From a virus (Duplodnaviria; Heunggongvirae; Uroviricota; Caudoviricetes), in the IMG/VR virus record IMGVR_UViG_2663763232_000007, positions 1 through 11,509 of that record: DNA of 11,509 nt, one strand, 5' to 3'. A program made the translations under genes and the position numbers. Under the pieces are notes generated by a model, which did not search any database, was not told the origin of the DNA, and saw nothing but the letters and a program-made list of their open reading frames with translations. This document shows positions 1 to 7,757 of the stretch, one piece after another; position 1 is the first letter of the stretch, and each line of letters opens with the position of its first letter.

Positions 1-46
1 AACAATTTGAAAACAAGAACCTCGCTTAGGCCTGTGTCCATATTAC

Positions 47-556
47 GTGGGTAGGATCACTGATCCTACATTGCGAAGTCAGTTTTTTCAGGAATTAATG
101 AATGGTCTACGCGGTTATGAGACTGATGACGTAACAAAAGTCGAATTAAATCGCAGTACTGATGCTAGTGAGGATGAAGACAAGGAAGAAACTATTGATA
201 CCGGATTTGTTAAGAAAGCCGTCCTTAATGGTGAAGGGGTAAATAGTTCAGCTATATTTTCTCAACTACATGAGAAAGGTTATTATATCGGGCGTATTGC
301 ATGGTCTTCAAAGCCGACAAGTGGAATTGGAGACAGAATCAACGTCGAAGCATTTTTCAAAGACTCAGAAAAATGCTGTGACTTTGCCTATCAAATTAAA
401 GGTATAAACAATCAAAAAGAAGACGGTTTCAATGTAACCATTCGCGCGGCAACGGCACAAGAGAAAAAACATATTAGTGAATTAATTGAGTCCGCCGCTG
501 AAAATGCCTATAATATAATAATAGGATCAGAGGTGAACGAAGATGAAAAAGGTTAA
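47..556 (+). CDS. Hypothetical protein, acidic (169 aa from GTG at 47; 152 aa if the ATG at 98 is used); accessory cargo of unknown function
   Basis: Long ORF in AT-rich DNA. GTG at 47 has no obvious SD but overlaps a TAG at 52..54 that closes an upstream open frame; ATG at 98 is preceded by AGGA. No motif I recognise. Confidence 0.5.
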   Translation: MGRITDPTLRSQFFQELMNGLRGYETDDVTKVELNRSTDASEDEDKEETIDTGFVKKAVLNGEGVNSSAIFSQLHEKGYYIGRIAWSSKPTSGIGDRINVEAFFKDSEKCCDFAYQIKGINNQKEDGFNVTIRAATAQEKKHISELIESAAENAYNIIIGSEVNEDEKG

Positions 557-1226
557 ATGGCTTAAGTTAAACATACGGCTTGAGTTTGAAACAGCCGTTA
601 GACGTCTTTCTCTTGATTCTTTTACAGAGGATAAAGGGAAAGGGTTCATTTTTGATAAAATACGCCATGATTTTGCAAATGGTCGCTTTGTCGAGCGTAT
701 TGTTTATCATGATAAAATATTAAGCTTTGACGGAAGCGAAACTACCGTTGAAAGAATCGAATATCGCACCACAAATTTTAGCGTGGCTTTAGACTCTCTT
801 CCTGTAATGCAGATTACCAACCCACCCAGAACTTTAAAGCCTTTTTCGCAGGCTTTGGTAAAAAATCTTGGCTTAGGTGTTAGTTTGGAAGAAATTGACA
901 TAAACCCTATAGACTGGCTTAATGAAATATCTTCAAGTGTAAATATCAATTTAACACAACTTGATATTTCAAGGGTTAGAGTTTCTGATTACGCCACAGC
1001 TAAAATGCAAATAATTGGCAGCAATGATCTTAGGAAGTATTATAAAGAAGAATTAGAGGGTAAAAAAATAAGAATTGACAGGCTTGTTTGCTCTGTTAAT
1101 TCATTAGAATATTCCGGTAAGCTCAAGATCACCAATAGCGGCCTTGCTTATATTGATGTTAGAAATGAGAATGAGTTTACGAAAATCGTTTTTGATACGT
1201 TAAAAAAAGTCACCCTTCAATCATAG
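543..1226 (+). CDS. Hypothetical protein, 227 aa; accessory cargo of unknown function
   Basis: ATG at 543 preceded by GAGGTGA; overlaps the upstream ORF by 14 nt, suggesting translational coupling. AT-rich; no motif I recognise. Confidence 0.6.
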   Translation: MKKVKWLKLNIRLEFETAVRRLSLDSFTEDKGKGFIFDKIRHDFANGRFVERIVYHDKILSFDGSETTVERIEYRTTNFSVALDSLPVMQITNPPRTLKPFSQALVKNLGLGVSLEEIDINPIDWLNEISSSVNINLTQLDISRVRVSDYATAKMQIIGSNDLRKYYKEELEGKKIRIDRLVCSVNSLEYSGKLKITNSGLAYIDVRNENEFTKIVFDTLKKVTLQS

Positions 1227-1282
1227 ATGGCTTATAAGGAGTTACTTCACCTAACGCCTCGCCTTACTCGTTGTTCAACCTC

Positions 1283-1313
1283 GTAGGCGTCAGAATCAAG
1301 TTCTGACGCCTAC
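1283..1313. terminator. Perfect 13-bp stem / 5-nt loop hairpin between convergent transcription units; candidate bidirectional terminator
   Basis: gtaggcgtcagaa-tcaag-ttctgacgcctac read directly; lies between the + strand cargo operon (stop 1226) and the - strand DinI-like gene (stop 1322). Followed on + strand by aatgtttcttaat, only a weak T tract. Confidence 0.45.
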
Positions 1314-1321
1314 AATGTTTC

Positions 1322-1555
1322 TTAATGCAGCCAGCTATCGTCCTCCCACACCTTCTGCATAATTTTCATCACTTGTTTTCTTTCTTCGTCCAGTTGCAGT
1401 CCGGTCAGTTCCACACCGTTAGAGCTACCTTTGCGGATACGAATTACCGTTTTGGGATACAGGGGGCGCAGATTGCGGTAAAGCTCGGATTCAAGGGCGT
1501 CCAGGGTAGACTGGCTAATTTTCTGCTCTTTATCGATCATTATTTCAATGCGCAT
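1322..1555 (-). CDS. DinI-like protein (77 aa), equivalent to the DinI-like part of a 186 Tum-type SOS antirepressor module
   Basis: Translation from the internal ATG reads MRIEIMIDKEQ...VWEDDSWLH, matching the length and the MRIE start of E. coli DinI as I recall it. GAGGTG SD 8 nt upstream. The track ORF 1322..1627 extends upstream in a frame overlapping the preceding gene. Confidence 0.7.
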   Translation of the reverse strand: MRIEIMIDKEQKISQSTLDALESELYRNLRPLYPKTVIRIRKGSSNGVELTGLQLDEERKQVMKIMQKVWEDDSWLH

Positions 1556-1565
1556 AAAAGTCACC

Positions 1566-1754
1566 TCAGCTGATGACATCCATTGAGCGGTTGTATTCGT
1601 GGCTTCTGATTTTTGCCATGAGTTCATCAGTCAATTCAGAAACCCACTGCAGAGCCAGCCCCTTCTCTTCATCACTACACTCACTAGCCGCTACAAGCTT
1701 AAGAAAAAAATCAATGCGCTGGAGCTTCAAAGACTCCAAAAAATAGTCCTGCAT
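1566..1754 (-). CDS. Small protein (62 aa), first gene of the LexA-controlled module; possibly the N-terminal partner of a split Tum-like antirepressor
   Basis: ATG start (MQDYFLESLK...) preceded by AGGAGG at 5 nt; stop lies 10 nt upstream of the DinI-like ATG. The track ORF 1566..1856 extends upstream across the promoter region. Confidence 0.5.
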   Translation of the reverse strand: MQDYFLESLKLQRIDFFLKLVAASECSDEEKGLALQWVSELTDELMAKIRSHEYNRSMDVIS

Positions 1755-1795
1755 TTTTCCTCCTATGACACCACAAGCAATACTGTACACATAAC

Positions 1796-1815
1796 CACTG
1801 TTTATATTTACAGTA
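1796..1815 (-). promoter_or_regulatory. LexA operator (SOS box) overlapping a candidate -10 of the promoter for the 1754..1322 module
   Basis: cactgtttatatttacagta = CTGT-N8-ACAG with an AT-rich spacer, close to the consensus taCTGTatatatatACAGta; about 45 nt upstream of the ATG at 1754. On the - strand, TTTACA and TATACT flank it as possible -35/-10. Confidence 0.6.
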
Positions 1816-1907
1816 TATAATAATCTTACTGATGTAAAACGTTTTTTTACGTTCATCAGCCTGATATGCCTGGTATTATTAAGAGCACGAATTGTTAACC
1901 CGCGTAA

Positions 1908-4322
1908 TTAATACAGATCCCGCCACTTATCATCTTCCTGCAAACGCTGGTTCCGATAGAAGATACGCAGGCCTGCTCCTGACGGAATACTGCCGCCGCG
2001 AAGGAGTAAATCGACCTCTTTCTCGCTGCCATCAAATCCTCTGGACTTCAGTTCATAGACGAGCTGCTGTCGTTGATGGTCTGTAATTCGCTGTTTGTAG
2101 TCTCTACGCCGTTTCGGTTTCACCAGGCGTAACCTTGCAGCCAGTTCCCGGCGTTCTTTTTTGTTCATACTGTGCAGGTAATCGTGCAACTCCTTGTCAT
2201 CCATACGGGTGATATCCGTTCTGGTATCCCCATCAGCTGATTTGTCTTTCCCTTGTTGGTACAAATTTTCAGCAAGGGGACAGTTATTGCCACGAGTCCA
2301 AGGGGCGCAAGCGCCCTGGTCGGCTGCCGCCTCCTGAACGTCAACGGCTTTACGAACCATTTTCCACTTCACTGCATGAGTGCAGATCTTGCCCTCTGCA
2401 ATGGGTGACCAGATGCCATAAATACGAATGCCGTGATCGCCATAGGCGGTCGGCTCTTCGTTGATTTCATAAGCGGTTCTGATGAGGTGATATTTACGGG
2501 GAACCAGTACGCCGCCCTGCTTCATGATGTAGGTGGCAAAACAACCAGCATCAGCAGCAGCCAGGATGGCATCAAGGCGCGGGTTATCCAGTACCGGCGC
2601 ACCTGCTTTTTTGTCCCCCTGTTGCCTTGCCGCCTGACCAGCCAGCAATCGCAGTTCACGGTAAGCCTGACGCCCCGGAATGCCAAAGAAGCGGAATTGC
2701 TGAACACGATGCAAAGACGCCCAGGCATTCACGTATTCAGCGTTATCACGCAGAGATTTACCCGTTTCCTTGCTGATCTCGCCAGCCAGACCACGCCCGT
2801 CAATGTTCTTACTGATGTATTTCGCTATGTAGCTTGTCGGCGTTCCTTTGCGCGGGTTAATCAGCTCAGACTTAAAGCGCGGCCCCGTGTTATTGCCCAG
2901 CTCCTCGCGGTCTTCACGGATAGCAAACTTACGCAACAATGCAGTAATGGCTCGGCGGTCTTTTTTGCGCATGAAACACAACAGGTGCCAGTGAACTGTG
3001 CCGTCGTGATGCGGCTCAGCCACCCGCACGCCATACCAGCGCAACCCGGCTTTGTGCATCGCCTTACGAAATGCAGCAAACATACCGACCAGATAATCGC
3101 TGCTTTGTCTTACCGTCGCATTTGTCCAGGTCGGGTTGGGCCTGCCGTTATTTAGCGTGGAATGGAAACGTGACGGACAGGTGATGGTGTAGAAAACGGC
3201 GCAGTCACCGCGCATTTCCGCGATAAGCTCCAGACCTTTAACACAGGCCATCATCTCATTGCGGCGATGCGCAGGGTTGCTGCTGCTGGCGTTTACCACA
3301 TCCTCCATGTCCAGCGTGTCGCCGTCTTCGTTCACCAGTTCATGAGAACGGAAAAACTCCAGCGACTTACGGCGCTGCTCACGTTTATGCAACACGGCTT
3401 CATAGCTGACATAGGGAGATGCTTTTTTGCTGACAAGGCAGACAGCACGCAACTGCTCTTCCCGCCATTCGCAACGCATCTTCCATAATTTCCGATACCA
3501 CCAGTCGGCGCACAACATACGCGCCAGCGAACCCGGAATGAGTTCATAGGGCACGGGTTTACGGCGGTTCCTTTTCCGACGGAGTTGCTCAAACGCAGGC
3601 GGGATGACATCCAGACGCAGGGTTTCTGCTGCCACCTTTTCCCATGTCTTGCGGATTTCTTCTGGCTTAACGTCATCGGTGGCATACAAATCGCCACAAG
3701 CTGCATCAAGGCACATGCTCATATGCGCAGCAACAAGGGTGGACAGGCGTTTCACCTGATCCTGACTCATTTCAGGCAGAATCAGCAGGCCGTCCAGCCC
3801 TTCATGGCTTGCCATAAAGCGAAAAGAAGTGGATAGCTGACTGTCGCGTACATGCTCCAGCCGTTCCAGACATGGCTTAATCGTCTCACGCAAATAGCGG
3901 GAATAAGCCTTTGGCCTGCCAAGGCTGCTGAAGTATTCAATACGTTGCATCAGCGGCTTGCTGATATGGGAGGGCTGGGCGCTGACGTCTGCCAGAATGA
4001 CCATGTCCGGGTTAAAACGCTGCTGCTCATGCGCCAACTTTGCCCGGCTAATGAGCTTATCCTGCTCCATTTCGCGCTGGACAGGATCACGGGATTCATT
4101 AAAGAAATAACGCTCCCAAACCTGATCACTCAGTGCCTCGCGGCGCAGTTGTTCCTGCTCGTTATCGGCAGCGTACAGAGTGATCAGGTTTGAAAGCGCA
4201 GAAACCGGCGCAACTTCCGCCGGGTCCAGATAAGGGTTAATGGCCTTTTTCGGGCTGTTCCATGAGAACGATGCGGCAGCTTCGTTAAAGCCGCAGCAGT
4301 TGTTCATATCGGCATGACTCAT
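1908..4322 (-). CDS. A: Rolling-circle replication initiation endonuclease, P2 gpA / 186 A family (804 aa)
   Basis: Contains VHWHLL (HUH-type metal-binding motif) and YIAKYISK (paired catalytic tyrosines three residues apart), as in P2 gpA-family initiators. ATG start overlaps the dam stop as ATGA. Confidence 0.9.
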   Translation of the reverse strand: MSHADMNNCCGFNEAAASFSWNSPKKAINPYLDPAEVAPVSALSNLITLYAADNEQEQLRREALSDQVWERYFFNESRDPVQREMEQDKLISRAKLAHEQQRFNPDMVILADVSAQPSHISKPLMQRIEYFSSLGRPKAYSRYLRETIKPCLERLEHVRDSQLSTSFRFMASHEGLDGLLILPEMSQDQVKRLSTLVAAHMSMCLDAACGDLYATDDVKPEEIRKTWEKVAAETLRLDVIPPAFEQLRRKRNRRKPVPYELIPGSLARMLCADWWYRKLWKMRCEWREEQLRAVCLVSKKASPYVSYEAVLHKREQRRKSLEFFRSHELVNEDGDTLDMEDVVNASSSNPAHRRNEMMACVKGLELIAEMRGDCAVFYTITCPSRFHSTLNNGRPNPTWTNATVRQSSDYLVGMFAAFRKAMHKAGLRWYGVRVAEPHHDGTVHWHLLCFMRKKDRRAITALLRKFAIREDREELGNNTGPRFKSELINPRKGTPTSYIAKYISKNIDGRGLAGEISKETGKSLRDNAEYVNAWASLHRVQQFRFFGIPGRQAYRELRLLAGQAARQQGDKKAGAPVLDNPRLDAILAAADAGCFATYIMKQGGVLVPRKYHLIRTAYEINEEPTAYGDHGIRIYGIWSPIAEGKICTHAVKWKMVRKAVDVQEAAADQGACAPWTRGNNCPLAENLYQQGKDKSADGDTRTDITRMDDKELHDYLHSMNKKERRELAARLRLVKPKRRRDYKQRITDHQRQQLVYELKSRGFDGSEKEVDLLLRGGSIPSGAGLRIFYRNQRLQEDDKWRDLY

Positions 4323-5176
4323 GCACGTACTCCGTACACGGCAGAACTATCCACGCCACGCGAATAATCAAATCCCACCCAGCAGCGCGGCCCAGAAACA
4401 GCAATGATTTCTGTTGCTGATTTACCCTCGCCAGCTGCCACACCGATGCTGCGTTTTGCCTTGATGTAGTGGTGAGTAAAATTGCGATACAGCGAACGGA
4501 TCAGGGATGTGTCACTGTTAGAAACAATGACCGGATGTCCTTCTGATGACCGATGTTCAAGAACAGATGCCAGGTGATACTGGTCATCTTCAGTGAAGCC
4601 GTCAGTGTGATAGCCGGAAAACGTACCGTCATACGGCGGATCGCAATACACCACATCCCCCGCCTTCAACATCGCCAGCGTTTCATCAAAGCTGGCGCAG
4701 ATAAACGTTGCTCGCTGGGCCTTTTCTGCAAATGCGCGAATTTCTTTTTCAGGGAAATACGGATTTTTATAATTACCGTAGGGAATGTTGAAATGCCCGC
4801 TCTTGTTATAGCGACATAAACCACGGTAACCGTGACGATTGAGATACAGGAAATATACCGCTTTCATGAAATCAGTAATTTCAGTTGAGTAATTAAACTC
4901 CTGCCTTATGTTGTAATAAGCCACCTCCCTGTTTGCGATCTCAAATAAAACTCTGGCGCGAGATATAAACGATTCACAATCAGCGGCAACCTTTTTATAG
5001 AGGTTGATTAAATCAGGATTAATATCCGCAACCAGATAGCTGGGATAATCCGTCTCCATCATCACAGCACAGGAACCCGCGAAAGGTTCAACCAGTCGCG
5101 GGCCAGCAGGAAGATGTTTTTTCAGTTCGGACATTATGGCAGTTTTATTTCCCGCCCATTTCAGGATGGTGCTCAT
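4319..5176 (-). CDS. dam: DNA adenine methyltransferase, Dam/D12 class (N6-adenine)
   Basis: From the internal ATG the protein reads [11 protein letters not shown]..., with [10 protein letters not shown] (SAM-binding motif I-like) and VVYCDPPY (motif IV DPPY). The ATG overlaps the upstream stop as ATGA. The track ORF starts 20 codons earlier at a non-ATG codon. Confidence 0.85.
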   Translation of the reverse strand: MSTILKWAGNKTAIMSELKKHLPAGPRLVEPFAGSCAVMMETDYPSYLVADINPDLINLYKKVAADCESFISRARVLFEIANREVAYYNIRQEFNYSTEITDFMKAVYFLYLNRHGYRGLCRYNKSGHFNIPYGNYKNPYFPEKEIRAFAEKAQRATFICASFDETLAMLKAGDVVYCDPPYDGTFSGYHTDGFTEDDQYHLASVLEHRSSEGHPVIVSNSDTSLIRSLYRNFTHHYIKAKRSIGVAAGEGKSATEIIAVSGPRCWVGFDYSRGVDSSAVYGVRA

Positions 5177-5400
5177 ACAGCACCTCCGTTGTAATGTTTG
5201 CCTTTCAGCTCTGCGATTTCCTGACAGGTAATGCAAAGCTGCACACCCGGAATGGCACGGCGGCGTGCTGGCGGAATTGGCGCTTCACACTCAATGCAAA
5301 GTACGCGTGACACGCCCGGTGATTTGGCACGGGCTGCACGGATATGGCGCTGGCGTTCTTCTTCAACGCGCTGCTGTACGAGATCCATTGCATCAGCCAT
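5173..5400 (-). CDS. TraR/DksA-family C4 zinc-finger protein (75 aa)
   Basis: CIEC-(17 aa)-CITC spacing typical of the DksA/TraR zinc finger; AGGAG SD 8 nt before the ATG; start overlaps the upstream stop (TAATG). Confidence 0.75.
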   Translation of the reverse strand: MADAMDLVQQRVEEERQRHIRAARAKSPGVSRVLCIECEAPIPPARRRAIPGVQLCITCQEIAELKGKHYNGGAV

Positions 5401-5633
5401 TAGTGGATCTCCTGCGCTTCGTTCTGGATTGCTTCAGCAGTCACGCGCAGCAGTTCTGCCGCTTCCACGTGGTTTAGCTGGCGGGATGAGATATGACACG
5501 CCAGGCTATCAAGGCGAGCAGCCATTGCTTCAGCCCTTGCCCGGCGTTCTTCCAGACGAGCCTCTGTCAGTAAAATATTAAGCCCTGCGTCATCCGGTCC
5601 GGTTTTAGTCGTGAGGGTTTCAATATTACGCAT
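5400..5633 (-). CDS. Hypothetical early-operon protein (77 aa from the ATG; track ORF begins 2 codons earlier at TTG)
   Basis: ATG preceded by AGGAGA at 8 nt; sits in the early operon between the cII-side small ORFs and the zinc-finger gene; Arg/Ala/Glu-rich. No motif recognised. Confidence 0.5.
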   Translation of the reverse strand: MRNIETLTTKTGPDDAGLNILLTEARLEERRARAEAMAARLDSLACHISSRQLNHVEAAELLRVTAEAIQNEAQEIH

Positions 5634-5700
5634 AATCAATTCTCCTGAATTTAGATAAAGGGATGCCCGGCGGGTTTACGCCATTAATTTCATTAGTTGG

Positions 5701-6042
5701 TTAATTCGGCATGGTTAGCCGTCTGGGAAATAAGCTCACCACTGCACGAAAATGATTCATTGCTTTAATCAGCTCCCGCTTTTCGTCAGTGGTCAGCTCA
5801 TTAATGCTGATGCTATGACGTTCAGCTGGAATTTTTGCCATAAAGAATATGGCAGCCAGTGCCCGTTTATTTTGTTCATTATTGATATCCCGTGGATCAC
5901 GCATATCTTTAATAAACCGCTCAAGCTCTGACTCAATATTCAAACCAAAAACTTTCGCCCTTAACTCCGCAATATGATTAAGTCCATTCAGGCGTTCACC
6001 GGGTCTTAATGGAACAGTCGCCGCAGCGCCTTCAATAGCCAT
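5701..6042 (-). CDS. Hypothetical early-operon protein (113 aa)
   Basis: ATG preceded by GGGGGAA; position corresponds to the fil/dhr region of the 186 early operon, but I cannot match the sequence to either. Confidence 0.55.
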   Translation of the reverse strand: MAIEGAAATVPLRPGERLNGLNHIAELRAKVFGLNIESELERFIKDMRDPRDINNEQNKRALAAIFFMAKIPAERHSISINELTTDEKRELIKAMNHFRAVVSLFPRRLTMPN

Positions 6043-6206
6043 TTGTTCCCCCGTTTTTTCGTAGATAGTTCTGCCAGCAATTCATCTTGTGAACGGCACG
6101 GATGCCAGCGTTTACCATCCTCACCCATGATCCAGCCGTGACCGTAGTGCATTGCCGGACTTTGTTTTACCAGCAGCGATGCAAATGATGGTTCTTTCGT
6201 CAGCAT
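6006..6206 (-). CDS. Hypothetical small protein (66 aa from the ATG), immediately downstream of cII
   Basis: ATG preceded by GAGGTG that overlaps the cII stop; its 3' end overlaps the next ORF by 37 nt in another frame, so one of the two starts may be wrong. Confidence 0.4.
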   Translation of the reverse strand: MLTKEPSFASLLVKQSPAMHYGHGWIMGEDGKRWHPCRSQDELLAELSTKKRGNKWLLKALRRLFH

Positions 6207-6213
6207 AAGCACC

Positions 6214-6723
6214 TCACAGCAAACCGAATGAAGCACCGAGGCCAGTTACAGTATCAACTGCACTTGCCATCACAGGATTAACCTGTAAACGGGCCTGCAA
6301 TGAAACAGCAGCTAACGCCATCAGTCGTGTAACAGAGTTAATGCTGCTGATAGCATCACGACGACCTGCACTGGTTTTTACATCGCCAGATACCGCACCT
6401 GCAGCAACACGCCCGATCTCTGCGGTTGCACTCATGACGTAATGTGGCAGTTTCTCTTTTGCCACCTCATTAATCGGTACACATGGCAGGCAGTGAATCT
6501 GTGCCAGAAAACCGTCTACCAGCGTTGAATCTTCCGTCAGATCGGTAAGTAGCCAGATATCTGGCGCATTGAGCTGATGCGGTTGATCTGGGTTGAGTTT
6601 GTTTCGCAGAGTCTGGACATTCATTCCTGCACGTTCTGCCAGCTTCGCCATATTGTGGCGTAGTGCAAAAGCTCTACAGGCTTCATCAAAATGCGGATGT
6701 TTGGAAATCTTGTAATCAAACAT
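6214..6723 (-). CDS. cII: CII-type transcriptional activator of lysogeny (186 CII family, 169 aa)
   Basis: Same length as 186 CII as I recall it, same position after apl, and an N-terminal HTH-like segment ([19 protein letters not shown]). ATG preceded by AAGGGGG. Confidence 0.8.
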   Translation of the reverse strand: MFDYKISKHPHFDEACRAFALRHNMAKLAERAGMNVQTLRNKLNPDQPHQLNAPDIWLLTDLTEDSTLVDGFLAQIHCLPCVPINEVAKEKLPHYVMSATAEIGRVAAGAVSGDVKTSAGRRDAISSINSVTRLMALAAVSLQARLQVNPVMASAVDTVTGLGASFGLL

Positions 6724-6755
6724 GCTGCCCCCTTAGAAAGTTCTCATAATTGAAC

Positions 6756-7004
6756 TTAGCCACCAACGATGACATTAAAATTGAAATTGGATTGGCCCAT
6801 GTTTTTCCTGACTTGTTCCTTTTTGTACTCAAGGTAACGTATACATACTCTGTCTTTCGGTTTTTCCTTTTTTTCCAAGAATTTAGCGAGCTTACCATTA
6901 TGAATCATTTGATATACCGAACCGCGAGAGCGGCCTTCCCATTCCGCGAACTCTGCAGGTGTCGCCATCACTTTTGGTACACGAATTGAAATGTCGTTGC
7001 TCAT
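6756..7004 (-). CDS. apl: Apl/Cox-family excisionase and lytic-promoter repressor (82 aa)
   Basis: First gene of the - strand early operon, divergent from cI; small basic protein with an HTH-like segment (ATPAEFAEWEGRSRGSVYQMIHNGKL); ATG start. Confidence 0.7.
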   Translation of the reverse strand: MSNDISIRVPKVMATPAEFAEWEGRSRGSVYQMIHNGKLAKFLEKKEKPKDRVCIRYLEYKKEQVRKNMGQSNFNFNVIVGG

Positions 7005-7123
7005 AGTGCAGTATCTCTCGATTAAGGTTTTGTTTATGTCGTTTTATCTTGTTTTATTAGATTCAATATTTGATACATCGAGATACTACGATCCAATATT
7101 TGATACGTCAATAGGATTAAGAA
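7005..7123. promoter_or_regulatory. Lysis/lysogeny switch region between apl and cI, carrying the early lytic and repressor promoters and operator repeats
   Basis: 119-bp AT-rich spacer between divergent apl and cI. Candidate lytic promoter on the - strand: -35 TTGACG (complement of 7106..7111), 17-nt spacer, -10 TAGTAT (complement of 7083..7088). I could not pin the + strand repressor promoter. Confidence 0.5.
7064..7107. repeat. Two direct copies of CAATATTTGATAC spaced 30 bp apart; candidate Apl or CI operator sites
   Basis: Copies at 7064..7076 and 7094..7106 read directly; the 30-bp spacing is about three helical turns; the second copy abuts the candidate -35. Confidence 0.45.
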
Positions 7124-7756
7124 ATGATACAGGTAAAAGCTGGCGAGAATACAGGGGGAAGAGAGGCTATCCATAGACTAATGGCAGCCTATGATTTCAA
7201 GTCCAGACAGCAACTTTGCGATCACTTAGGCGCATCAAAAAGCACTATGGCAAACAGATACTTAAGAGATAGCTTTCCCGCAGAGTGGGTGATTCAGTGC
7301 GCCTTGGAAACAGGAGTTTCTTTACTGTGGCTAACCACCGGACAAGGCGAGCCAGGTTCAAAAATTGACCCTAAAAAAAATATCAATTCTGTGAACTCCA
7401 GCAGGGTTAAACCTCTTTCTGAGCTTGTATCTCCTGAAATTGACAAGGCAACTCTCAACGGTGGTTTATTGGTCGATGCTGGAAAAGCAATCATTGATAG
7501 CAGCATACTCCCCTCAGACTCAAGCAACCTGCTGCTGGTGAGTACTTCTGGTGATTCTTATTTAATAGATCGCAACCAAACACCACCAGTAAATGGTACG
7601 TGGTTAGTGGACATCGACGGGATAAAAAGCATTGTAAAATTGACACGACTCCCGGGAAACAGATTAGTAGTGCATCAGGATGATTCATCGTTTGAGTGCG
7701 AACTGGATGACATTGAGGTAATAGGTCGCGCACTGAAAATTATTAAGAGCCTTTGA
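7124..7756 (+). CDS. cI: CI-type immunity repressor (210 aa from ATG 7124; 191 aa if the ATG at 7181 is used)
   Basis: N-terminal HTH ending in LLWLTTGQGEP, plus a C-terminal domain; divergent from apl; stop is 1 nt before the int ATG (TGAtATG). AGGA lies 7 nt before ATG 7124. 186 CI is about 192 aa by my recollection, so the start is uncertain. Confidence 0.75.
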   Translation: MIQVKAGENTGGREAIHRLMAAYDFKSRQQLCDHLGASKSTMANRYLRDSFPAEWVIQCALETGVSLLWLTTGQGEPGSKIDPKKNINSVNSSRVKPLSELVSPEIDKATLNGGLLVDAGKAIIDSSILPSDSSNLLLVSTSGDSYLIDRNQTPPVNGTWLVDIDGIKSIVKLTRLPGNRLVVHQDDSSFECELDDIEVIGRALKIIKSL

Positions 7757-7757
7757 T

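Noticed and set aside
707-949. Minus-strand 80-aa ORF inside the 227-aa cargo gene
   Set aside because: Fully nested antisense ORF, shorter than the gene it overlaps and without a start context.
1325-1820. Plus-strand ORFs 1325..1573 and 1599..1820 opposite the DinI-like/SOS module
   Set aside because: Antisense to ORFs with good SD sequences and a recognisable DinI-like product; 1599..1820 runs across the LexA box and promoter.
2433-4193. Plus-strand ORFs inside gene A (2433..3155, 3267..3488, 3585..3836, 3852..4193) and the - strand alternate-frame ORFs 2522..2728, 2861..3079 and 3332..3709
   Set aside because: They lie antisense to, or in an alternate frame of, a long motif-bearing CDS in GC-rich DNA where spurious open frames are common; none has a convincing start context.
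4553-4819. Plus-strand 88-aa ORF inside dam
   Set aside because: Antisense to the Dam CDS, whose motifs are clear.
5205-5581. Alternate-frame ORFs (5205..5393 -, 5231..5581 +, 5265..5477 +) over the zinc-finger gene
   Set aside because: They overlap a well-supported coupled CDS; Arg/Ala-rich translations typical of out-of-frame reads of GC-rich DNA.
6716-7176. ORFs 6716..6898 -, 6750..6989 + and 6991..7176 + around apl and the switch region
   Set aside because: They overlap apl in an alternate frame, lie antisense to it, or sit in the intergenic switch region; the apl and cI assignments explain this DNA better.
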